DNA from: Halocafeteria seosinensis
Taxonomy: Eukaryota
DNA length: 64,000 bases
Assembly (NCBI GenBank): GCA_001687465.1
Contig: LVLI01000341.1
Location: 1-64,000, forward strand
Direction of reading: 5' to 3'
In this document: piece by piece, positions 47,144-61,194 of the stretch
Position numbering within the stretch: position 1 is the first letter of the stretch
How the letters are laid out: each line of letters opens with the position of its first letter
Notes under the pieces: generated by a model
What the model saw: the letters and a program-made list of their open reading frames with translations, nothing else
The model's database searches: none
What the model was told of the DNA's origin: nothing
Program-made: the position numbers and the translations under genes

Positions 47144-50100
47144 ATGAATGCTAGTATCATGAAAGAAAAGAAAGGAAGAGGATGTGCTGTGAACACCGGT
47201 GGCACTTCTCATTCATTTCACCGCCACGGGTGCGTGCCGGAGGATATCGAGTGCCTCGGCAGGCTGCAGGGGACGTGGACGTCACCGGAGGCTCCGAAAT
47301 CTGATGTAAATCACTATCCGAAGACCAGTCTGTCCTTTCAACGGAAAGTACATGGACTATTGATTCATATCTTGCTGTTATTTCTTGTACCTGGTGCGTA
47401 TGCGTATGCACATGCGTGTGGTGGACTGCGAAGTCACGATTACCGGATGCTGGATCCATCCGAAGGTGACTCGGTTACCGAGAAACTTATGGCAGGCGTC
47501 CAATCCACGGGGGGGAAAGTGATACTTTCACTTGCAGTGATCGTGATCCCCTCACTATCAAGTGTGCTAGGCAATGCTATATACCGGAGCCTGAAACTGC
47601 GATTTGTTCGACGAGAACACCCGTTTCATGCGCGCGTCATCGACCAGACTGGATTATCAGCCAACAAATACTCAGGAACAATGATCGCTGGACGATCCGA
47701 AGGATCACCGAGTAGTACTGGTGGACTTTTGGAGCCTACATCACACGGTCAACTCTTCTATAACTTCATTGCTAGGTTATTGCGCCGCTTGAAATGGACC
47801 GAAGAAGGGGAATTGAAATCACTTCCTTTGCACAAAGCAGTCCAGAGGAAAGTTTTTGATTCGAAGACTCGGAAGTCCCTCGCTGACACACTTTCAAAAA
47901 TCCTCTTGGATGATTCCCGATGGGATACTCAAAGACCTCGTTGGTACAATCCAGAGTACTGGGTCTGTGGGCGCTTACTGCCAACACGATTAATGAACGA
48001 AGCACAATTTGAGAACAACATTTTTCATGAATGGATGAATTTATTGGAAACGGAATATCTGGAGGTTTGGGAAGCCTTGGAGACGACCGACCCTGTACAT
48101 ACGAAGGATCAAACAACGAGGGTGCCTGCACAACTAACGGGCGATACCGAATTCAATCGTCCCGCTGTCAGCGACATGTTTGTGGAACGTCCACAGCTGT
48201 TGGAGAAGATGCACTCCTGGGGCTTATACGCCAACAGCCTTGAGAACCAGCGAAGCATGCTTATCCTCCACGGAATAGGTGGTGCTGGGAAAAGTCAACT
48301 GGCGGCGCACTATTTCAGTGAACCTACCTGTAAAGAGAAGTATGACATGAAGGCATGGTTTGTTGCGAACTCTGTAGAGGAATTGCAACGTCAATACGTT
48401 GAGTTTTACGCTGCTTACCGTCGCGAGCATCAGGGAGGGTCAATGCCACCCCTTAACGAGAAAGAATCGCTAGAAGACCAGGCATCCCGTGTACGCACTT
48501 GGCTCAATAGGCTTGGACGAGATCAAGGCAAGAAACTTTTGCTAATGTACGATAATGCTCCTGGTCGAAATGCCGTGAAGAATTGGCTACCAGAAGCTGA
48601 CTGTCCACACCACTTGGTGATTAACAGCCGGGACCCACGTAGTTGGAGATATTATATGAGCAGTGGAACCGAAAATCGTGAGCTAAATGTTGATATAATG
48701 ACCCGAATGGAAGCAATAGAGCTGATCCGGATACGCTGTTGTAATCAGGACTATGAAATATCCATCGGAGAGGATGAAATGGCAAACTTGGCCGAACTGC
48801 TAGGCTACTTACCTTTAGCACTTACGCAAGCCGTGCACTACATGCAGGAACAACGTCTAGATGTGGCCACGTTTCGAAGCCAGTATTTAAATCATAAGCA
48901 GGAGCTATTGGACTCTGACACCGAAGATGGACGTAAATCCGTCCGAGTGACATACGATCTTAGCATTAAGCAACTCTCTGAAAAGCACCCTTGCTCATTG
49001 AAACTTCTGAATCATCTTGCGTGGTTGTCATCTTTCCAAATCCCGGATTACGTTTTCTGTGCTTTGGTTGGTAGGTTCAAGGAAGTGGAAGATGCAAAGT
49101 TTGAGTATCCGACTCTCCGAAGCAAGTTGGAGACTTATGGGATGCTCCGTTGGGAATCAGGGACATCGCCGGCTACGCTGTGGTTCAGCATGCATCCACT
49201 GATACAGGAAATCGTCTGTTGTCGACAAAGAGAGTATGATTCTGTCCAGTACTGGCTCACTTGCTGCGACGTGGTCACCCAGCTTGCGGTGCATAGTGAC
49301 GAAGGCTCCCTGGAGTACAACCGCTCTTTGCTTTCCCATGCTGAAGCACTACACAGACAATCCGAAAAAATGTGCGAATTTTCACTGAGGGCCAGTGAAG
49401 TTCGTCGTAAGCAGCAAACATGTTACTGTCGTATGATCTCAAGCTCTAAGTTTTGGCGATGCTGCTGTACCAGCAAGCCTCGAAGGCACAGGCGAGAGGG
49501 TAAATGGTTGAAGATCGAGCCTCGAAGTTTGGGAGCTATCTATCTAGTTATCGGTCAATATAAGATGGCAAAAAAGTACTGTGAGTATAGCTTATCTGTC
49601 AGCCAGAAATTATGTCATACTAACTTATGTGGTAATTATAAGGACTCTCGTATGGCGGTGAGCATGTACCAACTGGGTACAGCGCTAATCAAGACAGGAG
49701 AATATTCGTTAGCCCGCTATTATCTTGAACATGCTCTACTCATTTATAAAAAGAATCATAAAGAAGACCATCCCAAAGTTGTTGAGACTCTGGAGAAGTT
49801 TGCCTTTGCACTATTGCAAGTGGGCGATGCACGGCGAGCTAAGGAATATTTGGAGAAGGTACTATCGATACGTAAACAATATCAGGAAAATCAAATTCCT
49901 GACGATATGCAAGAGTGGGGAGACGCTCATTTTATTGCCTCTCCGTTATGGAATGAACAGATATTCGACCATGAGGGAAAAAAACTACTAGCGACGACAC
50001 TGCTGCACCTTGGTGAAGTTAAATGCAAGTTGGGCGATGCTGAGAGTGCCAAAACATACTTTGAACAGTCACTGTCAAGACGCAGGAAGCTTTACACGGA

Positions 50101-51391
50101 CCCCAATCATCCTGCTATTCTGGCGGCAGTTGAGGCTCGAGGCAGGGCATTGCATCAGTTGGGTGATGCAGAAGGGGCCAAGAATTGCATCGAACAAGCA
50201 CTATATGCAGCGCAAAAGTATTTCGGAGAGACTCATGTGGAAGTGGCTCGTATAGTGGGGAATCTGGGAGTTGCACTATCTAACTTAGGCGAGGCACAGG
50301 GCGCCAAAGCATGCATTGAAGAAGGATTGAAAATTGATAGAGAATATTATGGAAGAACCCACCTCGTAGTAGCTCATAGGTTGTGCAACTTAGGACATGC
50401 ATTACATAACCTAGGTGATGCACAAGGTGCCAAAAAGCACTTGGAAGATGCATTGAAGATACAGGAAGACCACTTTATGAGCAATGGCGACGACAATTAT
50501 GTAGCTTTGGCTCGTACTTTGGAGTGTTTAGGTCTGGCATTGCGTGATGTAGGTGAAATACAAAGAGCCCGAGAATGTTTTGAACGAGCGTACCCCATAG
50601 TAGAAAGGTATTACGGAAAGAATCATGTTATGGTGGCTTCACCATTGGAGAGGTTGGGGCTGACGTTCTCCGATATAGGCAATGAACGTTTTGCCAGAGA
50701 GTGCTTAGAGAAAGCATTACACCTTAAGCAACAGTACTATGGACCGAAGCATCCTGAAGTAGCCTACACGTTGGAGAATTTTGGTTATGCATTGACAGCG
50801 CTGGGTGATGCAGAAAGTGGCAAAGACTATTTGGAGCAAGCATTGCCCATATTTCAACACTATTTTGGAGACACGCATGGAAGTGTAGCGTTTACAATGG
50901 GGGACCTAGGGATGGCATTATCTTGTCTAGGCAATGCACGTGGTGCCACCGACTATTTGACGAAAGCGTTATACATGACGAAAAGGTATCATGGAGAGAA
51001 TAACGCAAGAGTGGCCAAAACCTTGCTGAAGTTCGCCAGCGTCTCGTACAATTTACGCGATTTAGAAGGTGCCAAAAACCACATTGAAGAAGCGTTGGAC
51101 ATACAGAAAAGATGCTACGAGGACTCTCACATATCACTGGCGGGTACATTAGAGCGACTAGGGGCTGTAATGTTCGAGCTGGGTGAGGTAGAAGGTGCCA
51201 AAGAGAAATTGAAAAATGCTCTAGACATAAAGCAAGGCTATTATAAAGAGCCACATTTTGATGTTGCTGAAACGTTCAGGAAGTTAGCTCTTGCAACACA
51301 TGAACTAGGTGATAAGCAGCGCTCCGAAGAATACCATGAACAAGCACTGGAAATTATACGAAGCATTTCGGAAAAGGAGATGGGGATGTAG
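47144..51391 (+). CDS. STAND NB-ARC NTPase with about 14 TPR repeats (NLR-like) and hydrophobic N-terminal helices; intronless ORF
   Basis: FVERP; Walker A LHGIGGAGKSQLA; Walker B LLLMYDNA; LVINSR; LGYLPLALTQA; winged-helix MHPLIQ. Then about 14 kinesin-light-chain-type TPRs of roughly 42 aa (HPxVAxTLxxLGxALxxLGD). First in-frame ATG at 47144. Confidence 0.9.
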   Translation: MNASIMKEKKGRGCAVNTGGTSHSFHRHGCVPEDIECLGRLQGTWTSPEAPKSDVNHYPKTSLSFQRKVHGLLIHILLLFLVPGAYAYAHACGGLRSHDYRMLDPSEGDSVTEKLMAGVQSTGGKVILSLAVIVIPSLSSVLGNAIYRSLKLRFVRREHPFHARVIDQTGLSANKYSGTMIAGRSEGSPSSTGGLLEPTSHGQLFYNFIARLLRRLKWTEEGELKSLPLHKAVQRKVFDSKTRKSLADTLSKILLDDSRWDTQRPRWYNPEYWVCGRLLPTRLMNEAQFENNIFHEWMNLLETEYLEVWEALETTDPVHTKDQTTRVPAQLTGDTEFNRPAVSDMFVERPQLLEKMHSWGLYANSLENQRSMLILHGIGGAGKSQLAAHYFSEPTCKEKYDMKAWFVANSVEELQRQYVEFYAAYRREHQGGSMPPLNEKESLEDQASRVRTWLNRLGRDQGKKLLLMYDNAPGRNAVKNWLPEADCPHHLVINSRDPRSWRYYMSSGTENRELNVDIMTRMEAIELIRIRCCNQDYEISIGEDEMANLAELLGYLPLALTQAVHYMQEQRLDVATFRSQYLNHKQELLDSDTEDGRKSVRVTYDLSIKQLSEKHPCSLKLLNHLAWLSSFQIPDYVFCALVGRFKEVEDAKFEYPTLRSKLETYGMLRWESGTSPATLWFSMHPLIQEIVCCRQREYDSVQYWLTCCDVVTQLAVHSDEGSLEYNRSLLSHAEALHRQSEKMCEFSLRASEVRRKQQTCYCRMISSSKFWRCCCTSKPRRHRREGKWLKIEPRSLGAIYLVIGQYKMAKKYCEYSLSVSQKLCHTNLCGNYKDSRMAVSMYQLGTALIKTGEYSLARYYLEHALLIYKKNHKEDHPKVVETLEKFAFALLQVGDARRAKEYLEKVLSIRKQYQENQIPDDMQEWGDAHFIASPLWNEQIFDHEGKKLLATTLLHLGEVKCKLGDAESAKTYFEQSLSRRRKLYTDPNHPAILAAVEARGRALHQLGDAEGAKNCIEQALYAAQKYFGETHVEVARIVGNLGVALSNLGEAQGAKACIEEGLKIDREYYGRTHLVVAHRLCNLGHALHNLGDAQGAKKHLEDALKIQEDHFMSNGDDNYVALARTLECLGLALRDVGEIQRARECFERAYPIVERYYGKNHVMVASPLERLGLTFSDIGNERFARECLEKALHLKQQYYGPKHPEVAYTLENFGYALTALGDAESGKDYLEQALPIFQHYFGDTHGSVAFTMGDLGMALSCLGNARGATDYLTKALYMTKRYHGENNARVAKTLLKFASVSYNLRDLEGAKNHIEEALDIQKRCYEDSHISLAGTLERLGAVMFELGEVEGAKEKLKNALDIKQGYYKEPHFDVAETFRKLALATHELGDKQRSEEYHEQALEIIRSISEKEMGM

Positions 51392-52119
51392 CTGATAATT
51401 TGCAGAATATAACCTGTGCGGCTGATAGCTGATGCAGACGGTGCCATAAGAGTGCTAAACCGCTGTTGATTAAACAGGATAGGGAATACATAACCTTTTG
51501 TGGCCAACTTACGGAAGTTTCTGCAAAGTCCGGGGTGAATCGGTTCGACTGCTCTTCGATCTTCTCTTCATGAAAAGCGGCCGTACGAAGTGTAGATGTT
51601 AACTACGTTACCGTCAAACAAAGCCTGTAAATTCGACTTGCACACTTTCCACCACTCAACTAACATCCCTTGTTATGAGAAACACGTTAGATCCGTTGGA
51701 CCACTTCCTGGTCCGGCATACCAGATGCAAGCCGGTGTCCGTAACCGCGCTTACGATGTTTGCTTCATCTGAGGACATCTCCGTGCTCGCCCAGTGTCTG
51801 CCGTTCCGTTCTAGTGGTAACTTTGGCTTCCGTATCCCTGGTTTTATTAATCCTTGCTGATACAGATAGCCATGAGGTTGCTCCGTCAGCTTATAAGAGC
51901 CCCTCGGTCGTTCCGTGTCTGTTGTCCCGATGCAACGTGGTGACAGGGAACACACTGTCCGAATGACTGAGAAGAGCTACCAGGCAGAATTCGATCTTGG
52001 GAAAAATATGCTTAAGTGTATATACATAACTTTCAAAATGGACGGAAGCAATTCAACTTAAGTTAAATGGTTTTCGTCCAAAAGAAACAAATTAGTTAAA
52101 GCTCTTCAAAAATCAGTAA

Positions 52120-54568
52120 CTATCTAGACTCAGCTGTTTGGCGACTTCCTCTTATAGAGGGCCGGATCCTCCCTCCAGAGAACTCTTTAGCAGCGTTGTA
52201 AGGATAGTGGCAGGCTCCATTACAGTAATTTTCCACTTTACCTGTCTCGAAGAACTGATACATTTGTTGTTGCCCAGCTTTAACACGACGCGTATTCTCA
52301 TGGGTATCGTATTTCTGTGACAATGAAACTCAGGTAATAACAAGCAAGGCTCTGAAGCACAGTGAATTACTCGACTTACTCTTGGAGGGGGCACGTCGGT
52401 AAAGGGAACCACAGGAACACCAAAGTCAAACCCTTGTATCACATGACCCTTCGTTACAGTGTTCGAGTCAGAAACAAATGGGAACCCAAAGAGAGAAACG
52501 TTTCCTTCCGCAACGTTGCTTTCAAACATTGAGGCATTGATAGACCGACCAATTGTTTGGTCTCCCAACCAAGTAACTTGAGCGTCTCCCAAGCCATAGT
52601 GTTGAACGATCCTATGAGGGGGAGTGTTGGGTAACGGGTCACGAGAAATAGCATGTAAGTAGCCGGAGGGTTCCATTCTATCCCATAGTAGCTGCGGAGG
52701 ACCTCATTGCAATGAAGAAAGGCATATGCATATACGGAACTCTAGATCACCTACCTGAACAACAGCCAGGAGAGCTGGTCTCTCCAGGGTACCTGAGTAA
52801 GACAAGAATATGATGTCTCTCATCGCATCAAAGTCTACCGATCGGGGAAGCAGTAGAGCGAATGGGCTACCGCCAACACCGATAACACCTTCTGTGACAT
52901 CTTGAGACACTGCCATATAGACTGTTCCATAAATTCCTCCGCAACTATTGCCGTAATAGTTCCTCTTGCTAGAATCTCTGATTATCGACTGCCCATTTAC
53001 TTGCATGGAAGGATCATCTTTGAAACTGGTAAGCATCATACGCATAGAGTAGAGCGCGTCAAGCATGCCCTGGTGGAGACGATCTGGGACAATGCGGAAA
53101 TCCGTCATGTTTGTAAGCAACATCATCCCAACTGTAAGCACGTCTTCATTGCACAATCCTTTCCAATTAACAGCTACATATACATAACCATGCTCATTAG
53201 CCTGCAAAACTCAAATATAAGGATCATTACTTGGCAGCTCGCAGCTTTCGAAGACACCAACGCGCGAACGGACCTCATCAATTAGGTAGTCGGTGAGAAT
53301 TTCTCTTTGCGATCCAAAAAGACCGTCTGCAAAACAAGGCGACAAACATTCATGGACAAGCGCACTGAACTTTATTGATTGCTGCAAAACGTACGGCCGT
53401 ATTGTATGATGCGCGCGGCCTTGGTGATGGATCCGTTAGTCAAACTCTCAGGAACCAAAACCGAAAATTCAACAGGAACAGTTTGCTGGTAAATTGGTAA
53501 ACCAGTACTGTCCTCGACTAGGTGCACATCCAAACCAGGGTAAACGCTGTTCAAATACCAAGGTACGTCTACAGTCCCTTCTATGAACTTCCCAATGCCT
53601 GGTTTATAATGGTTTTGAACACTGGTGACGTTGTACGTCGGACCGGAGGAGGGCATTCGTGCAAACGCGTCATCTCTCATAGATACAAATCTCTTTGTTA
53701 CTTCCTTCTGTGTACCAACGGTGAAGTCCCATGCCAATTGAAGCTCGTTCTTGGAGACTCCTTGGTTTTTGATGGTAGGGAAGATGTGGTCGTTAAAGTA
53801 TTGGATGCGAGAAGCAGGGACTGAACCAGACGGTTGCCCACTAACGATGGACTGAAACGCAGCTGACGATTTCACAGAAGAACCATTGACGTGCTGCAGA
53901 TTTCTCATAGCCACTATGTATCGAGCGCCACTTTGCAGTCGAGCGGAAGGCCACATGATCATAGCACGCGGGTACTCTCCGCTGTGATCGACATCCGAGA
54001 GATGATCCAGCTCTACCCAATGTGGCACAATTTCGTTGGTATCAGCATTGATAAGGAGAGTTGCACTATCGCTAGAAAGAGAAAAATCAACGTTCCATAG
54101 CCTGTGGTAAAGGAAGTCAATGGCTCCCACAGATCCCAGGAAGCTATAACGCTGGCACTGACCTTGGGCATCCCGTAAGTGAGAGGCCTGGGAAGTACGT
54201 CAAGATGGGAGGGATAGGTGAAAATCCATCTAGGGTGTTCCATCCACCAGCAGACGGAGAAATGGGTTTGCCCTCGTTAGTGGTAGGGAACTGCAACACT
54301 CTCAGCTTGGGGTAAGGACGATCGGAGATCCTTTCCGCATCCAAACATACGGTGCACTTACCGTGTAGAGGTCAAATTCCACCGTTCCATTCTCATTCCG
54401 CCAGAAATTGTTTGGGAAGGGAAACATACACAGGGAGGGATCTAAAGGGTCACAGGCGGCTGATGAATTCCCAAAGGCGGATCCAGCGGCACTTGCAGCG
54501 CGGAAGACGCTTCCCAGTGTCGTTCCCAGGAGGCATAAAGCCACCCATCCAATGGGTGTGTTCTTCAT
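52120..54568 (-). CDS. Secreted alpha/beta-hydrolase-like protein of a bacterial-type lipase family; multi-exon
   Basis: Signal peptide; CDPLDPSLCMFPFPNNFW; GWNTLDGFSP; LAWDFTV; QYGHGLFGS (spliced); nucleophile elbow YYGNSCGGIYG; GLGDAQV; DTHENTRR. Confidence 0.75.
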
Positions 54569-54883
54569 TTTACACAGTCAGTCTACGGTTAGGAATATTC
54601 AGCATGTGCTAGGGCTCCTGTCATCGGCAATACTCACCGAAATACCGTCTATAGAGCGCCCAAGGCGGCTTAACTCACGCGGCCTTGAAGTGCCAGCTGA
54701 AACAAAAGTTTGACACGTCCGTTTTTGGCCATTGAATTAAGCGCATGAGGGCTTCCGTCCCCATGAAATGACGGGTTGATTATAGGTAGAATAGTAGCAG
54801 GATAGCATTGCAAGAAAATGAAGTATCGTCTGTAAAAAGCGTTGTAGTGCTTAGAAAGTGGACAGCAAGTTGAAGAAGGCACC

Positions 54884-56428
<1,545 letters not shown>

Positions 56429-56435
56429 ATCTTGC

Positions 56436-59400
56436 CTAAGCGTCCGATGAGGAAGTGGTACGCTTCCATTTCCTGGATTTATCATCAATTTTCCGCTTAT
56501 GCGCCGGGCGCTGCTGCAGCTTACCGAACAAATCCTTGTACGTTGCTTTAGAGCGTTCGACGGACTCCTTCTGCATCTCCATAATTGATGCTGATTTTTC
56601 AATTAGGTTATCTAAGCGGTTTTTATCGTCACTCAAGTTACTGATTTTGTCTTCGTGCCGTTGAAGCTTTTCTTGATTCTCCTCATGTGCCTTCTCTTGT
56701 TCCCGCAATGCGCGATCAGTGATGCTCTCAAGAGCGTGCGCCTGTGTTAGTTCCAACGAGGCTGAAATACCTGCACTCCAAATACAACTAAGAGCGAGTT
56801 ATTGTGCGTTTATTCACCCAGTCAATGACTGAACGGCGGAAATTGTTACACCGAGTACGATGACGTTGGTAACCTACCGTCGCTGAACATATGCTCCGTC
56901 TGTTCTCCCGATGAAAGTGTTCGGTCTATTAGTGTTTTAGAACTCTGAGGAAGTGATTGACATAGCGTTGTAATCAAGTGTTGCGACGATAATTCAATGT
57001 TTCCGATTTGACCCGCTTCATACTCACAGGCAACCTTATTTGGAGGCGACTTAATGCCTTCAACAGGTGTCCATTCCTCACCCGTCTGATCGATATAGCC
57101 GTCCTGTTCGACACTACCTTGTTTCCTGGGATTAAATTTTGCAGTATAGCCCTCGTTTGACAGAACAATGTCTGCCTCCAGTTCACGTTGATCCTGCTCC
57201 CTTCGTTGCCGGAGGGTACGCATGGCCGCGCGAAGCGCACCGCTTCTAAGCTGCCGGTCCCCTTCCATGGCATTGATCGTCTCCTCGAATACGCCTAGGA
57301 CAGTATCACTGACGCTATCCTGGGCCATCTCAGGACCCGTATCATTCTTGCGGGGCTGATTGGCATCTTGCAATGTGATCGAATGTTGCCGCCGGCTTGC
57401 TCTAAACTGACGGTTTTTATTGCCTTTCGTGCTGGATTCGTTCTCAAACGCCATTTGGTCCTCTGCTTTTTCTTGGAGGAGGTTCAAATCTTGTGGCTCC
57501 AAATTCTCGTCTTCCTGTGAGCTGCAGCCCGAAGACGCATGAGCCGAGTTCACAACTTCTTTGGAGTCAGCACTTAGTTCTACTTTCCGTGGCTGGTCGT
57601 TATTTTGAGTTTCTCCCACGACCGTTGCGCGAGCTACCTCTTTACGAGCGCTCAAGAGGTAATTTGTAGCTTGGGAAGGGGCAAAGCGATGGAGAGCGCG
57701 AATGGTGTCTCCACTATGGGAGGAAAAGGAGTTCATCCCACTCTTTAGGTAAGCTATAGGCACAAAGAAGTAATCTAAACAAGTTCGGTCTCCATGAAGG
57801 TTCACAATACGGGCGGCGTGATTCAGCTCAGACTCCCCAACTGACTTAATTACTGAGTCACTCGACTCATCTAGCGCAGTGGAAGCCGCAGTCACTTTTC
57901 CTTTTTCCAGTTCCTGTGACAACTGATTAACGTTCGATAGAAAATAACGGTAACACCCCTCATCCAATTCGCTAAACTTATACAAGTTGCAATCGCCTAT
58001 ATGCTTTGTCATTTCACTAGAACTATTCTGCACCAGTACCTCCATCAAAAGCGAATGAGGGGAACAAGCTACCACGTTTTGAAGCCGTCTGTCGCGTCCG
58101 TCCGCTAACTCATTTAGTTCTTTGTCTACAGACGTAATGTTACCTAATGCCTCAGGGAAATACTCGCGAAGCATTTCTCGGAGAGCGCTGTGTAGCCAGT
58201 ACAAATACAACCACAAGGTACGAGCCGGTTTGCTTCCCAGCGCTTCAGCAATATGCTTCGTAGCAACAGTCTTCTGCTGATACCAAGTTGACGCTTGCCC
58301 AACGGACAAGCCGGTGTCGGACGTAGAGCCCAGCTGCCTACAGCATTGTTCATGAAATGCGACACAGGAGTTTACGCACAATTGCATGAACCTCAATGCA
58401 ACAATCTCCTGAAAGCGTTTCGTTGAAACCGCACTTATCTTTATGGCAGCAGGTTCGTCACCTTCGCAACCACACGCAGTGAGAACAACATCTACATCGG
58501 CTACAGTGTACTTCGTCGTAGCGATCTCGTTATCTTTTTTCCGAGACAAGGAGATGCCATGACTTCCCTCTACAGTATGTGCGGTTTCTTTTAGCGTTGT
58601 TCGATTATCGTTGCCACTTGGACGATACCTGTGCTCAGCGACGTTGGACGGCTTAGATGGCAGTCGTGACTCATAGCTGCTGTGGCGCTTTGGCTGGTCC
58701 GCAGTGTGTCTTCCGACGTTAATTCCACCTTTCTGTGCTCCATCGCTAACGCTTCGTTGCTTCATCGATGCCATTACTTTTTCCCGCAATTTCTTTAGGT
58801 GATCGTCCGCTCCAACTTCTCCTTCTTCCAGGGCGACAGATCCCTCAGCTTCCGCCTCTAACGTTGCATCAGCATGTTGGCCGCGAGACCCACTTAGTTT
58901 TCTTTTCTTCGAGTCATTCTCTCGGGAGCCCGACACTACGCTTGGTATAGATGTCCGCCTTTTCCTTACATCCTTCGAAGGGGCCATCGCTGACCTTTCT
59001 TCAGCATCGCGGGACGAGTCAGTAGAGGACGAGGTATTCAATGAATCTCTTGAAGTTCTCTCCGACGGAGGCGGCTGCACATCTGGCACAGAAGTACGTC
59101 TCTTTCTAGAGCTTCTTGAAGGAGCAGTCGTCAACTGCACTGCTTCATGGCGAGAGGACTCAGATTCAGCGGAAGCCGACGAATGTGATTTCTGCGTAAT
59201 GTTAAAGTTGGTCTCTGAGGGAGGAGGAGGTGGCGATGGAGGGGGAGGTGGCGGTGGGAGTGCTGTACCAGTAGGAGTCGGTGCGGACATAGCGTTTCCA
59301 TAATCTGTCGAAGGTTGCGCCGCTGCATCGTTGGAAAGATGGTCCAAACTGATGCCACGAGAACGAGCTTCTTCAGTAACCGAAACCAGAAGCTTCTGTA

Positions 59401-60496
59401 AGTAGGCATTTTCCATTTTATTCAGCTGTTCCCGATTTGGGACAGCCGGTAAATGCTTCTTTATCTGAGCGTGCTGTTCCTTCGTCAACTTCGCATTCTT
59501 ATCAAGGAACTTCTTGACAGATGGAAGCGGGGACGCTCCTGTACAAGCAACTCCCGTTGCAGCACTATGAATGACTCGGATGGCGTGTTCTCGACTGAAC
59601 TGCCCCTTGGCACCGCTGGACGGGGGTGCATTTTTCGAATTCTTGTGTCCGGTCGTGGAGTCCGGAACGTCGGGAAGTGATTCTGAGTTTTCTGGGGAGG
59701 GATAATCATACTGTTGTCCAGAGCCAACAAGATAAGACGAGCGATCGCTCCTTTGTAGAGTATGGGAAACAATAGGTTCGCGTCGAGATCCCCGTTCCTC
59801 TGACACAGAGTGCTGCAACCCTTTCTTTTTCTTTTCTTTCTGTTTTCGTGCGCGCGTATATTTTCGTGGAGGTGATTCACCACGGCCTCTTCTTGACACA
59901 GCACTCCTATCGTTAGAGGGACTGCGCCTAAAATCGGTCCTGACCAGGGCATCTGAATCATTCCGTTTTCTTCTTCTTTCTCTGTCCTGAGACTCACGAT
60001 TATCCATCCTGGCACTACGCTGATTTGCTCTCCGCCTACCAAACGGAGACGCGTCACGTTCGGTTCCACTTCCCTCCTCATCACTCAGTTCTAGCCCAAG
60101 TGACGAGACCGACGAGTCGTCCGAGTTCCCCAATTCGCCTGCTTTGGATTCCGACGACTGCGGACCTTCAGAAGATTGTCTATAACGTTTCGATAGCCAA
60201 TCACAAGTATTATCAGAAGCAGTAGAATAATTGCTTGATGTCGTTTGTCCAAGACTAATGGAGACTGAGGGAGTAATCGATTTTAGATAATCTAGGGATC
60301 TTGTCTCTCCCTCACCCTCCGTTCGTACACGCGGTGCTTTAACGGAATCACTGGGAGTGGAGTATATGATATAGGACGTCGCCGGTATGCTCGAGTAAGA
60401 CGATTCACTTGTCACAACAGTCCTAAGTGCTTCGGACTCCTCTGGTTCGCTGAGGACCTCTCCCAGTTCCCCTTCCTCTTCGCTGGATTCAGCCAT
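56436..60496 (-). CDS. Large hypothetical Ser/Arg/Glu-rich protein with a C-terminal coiled coil
   Basis: 1216-codon open frame with RS-rich and poly-Pro tracts. It probably splices to the coiled-coil exon 56436-56770. No family recognised. Confidence 0.6.
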
Positions 60497-61194
60497 GATG
60501 GGCGACTACTGACGGCGATTAGACTTAATATACTGATTCTCCTTGTGTACTACCGGGTATTCGATGATTTACCTGCAATTCAAACGTGCATAAATGGCAC
60601 ATAAAAGCCGAGGAATCGAAGAAAACAGCAACTAGTCCTGCCACGACACAGGGGTATTGTAGCACTCCCGGCAGTCAATAGACGTCACTTTTCAAGACCA
60701 AACAATATAGAGCATCATATGGATTCACATATATAATTAAACAGAAAAATTATGCTTCCTATCACAAGCAATACGCCGAAAGGAATTGAGTATGTACGGT
60801 CCGGGACGCTAGCCCGGATTTCAGCAACTGGAATCCGCAGGAAGTTCCCCTCCCAGGAAGGGGTCTGGTAACTAACATCTGGGGCCACTATGAGACGTAG
60901 AAAGGCATTGACTCAAGACGTTTGCTATATGTGGACTCCATTGTGGACTACGGAAGCTGAAAGATCATCGAGTCCACAGGTATTTTCAAAGAGATCGTCC
61001 TGTCTATTGTGCTACAACTTCTATATGGCACTTATCATTATAGGGGTAACTCAATCATAAAGAGAATGGTAAAAATCAACAATGACAGACGACACGTCGA
61101 ATATGTTTAAAATGCAGGACGTCCTTTATTATCGCGCCGCCCGTTCTCCGTTATTGAACGCCCACCTGGCAATGCCAACTAATACCCACATTTA

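Noticed and set aside
59485..60084. 199-aa alternative-frame ORF and the many antisense ORFs in the track
   Set aside because: They are shadows of longer low-complexity coding regions and carry no recognisable motifs.
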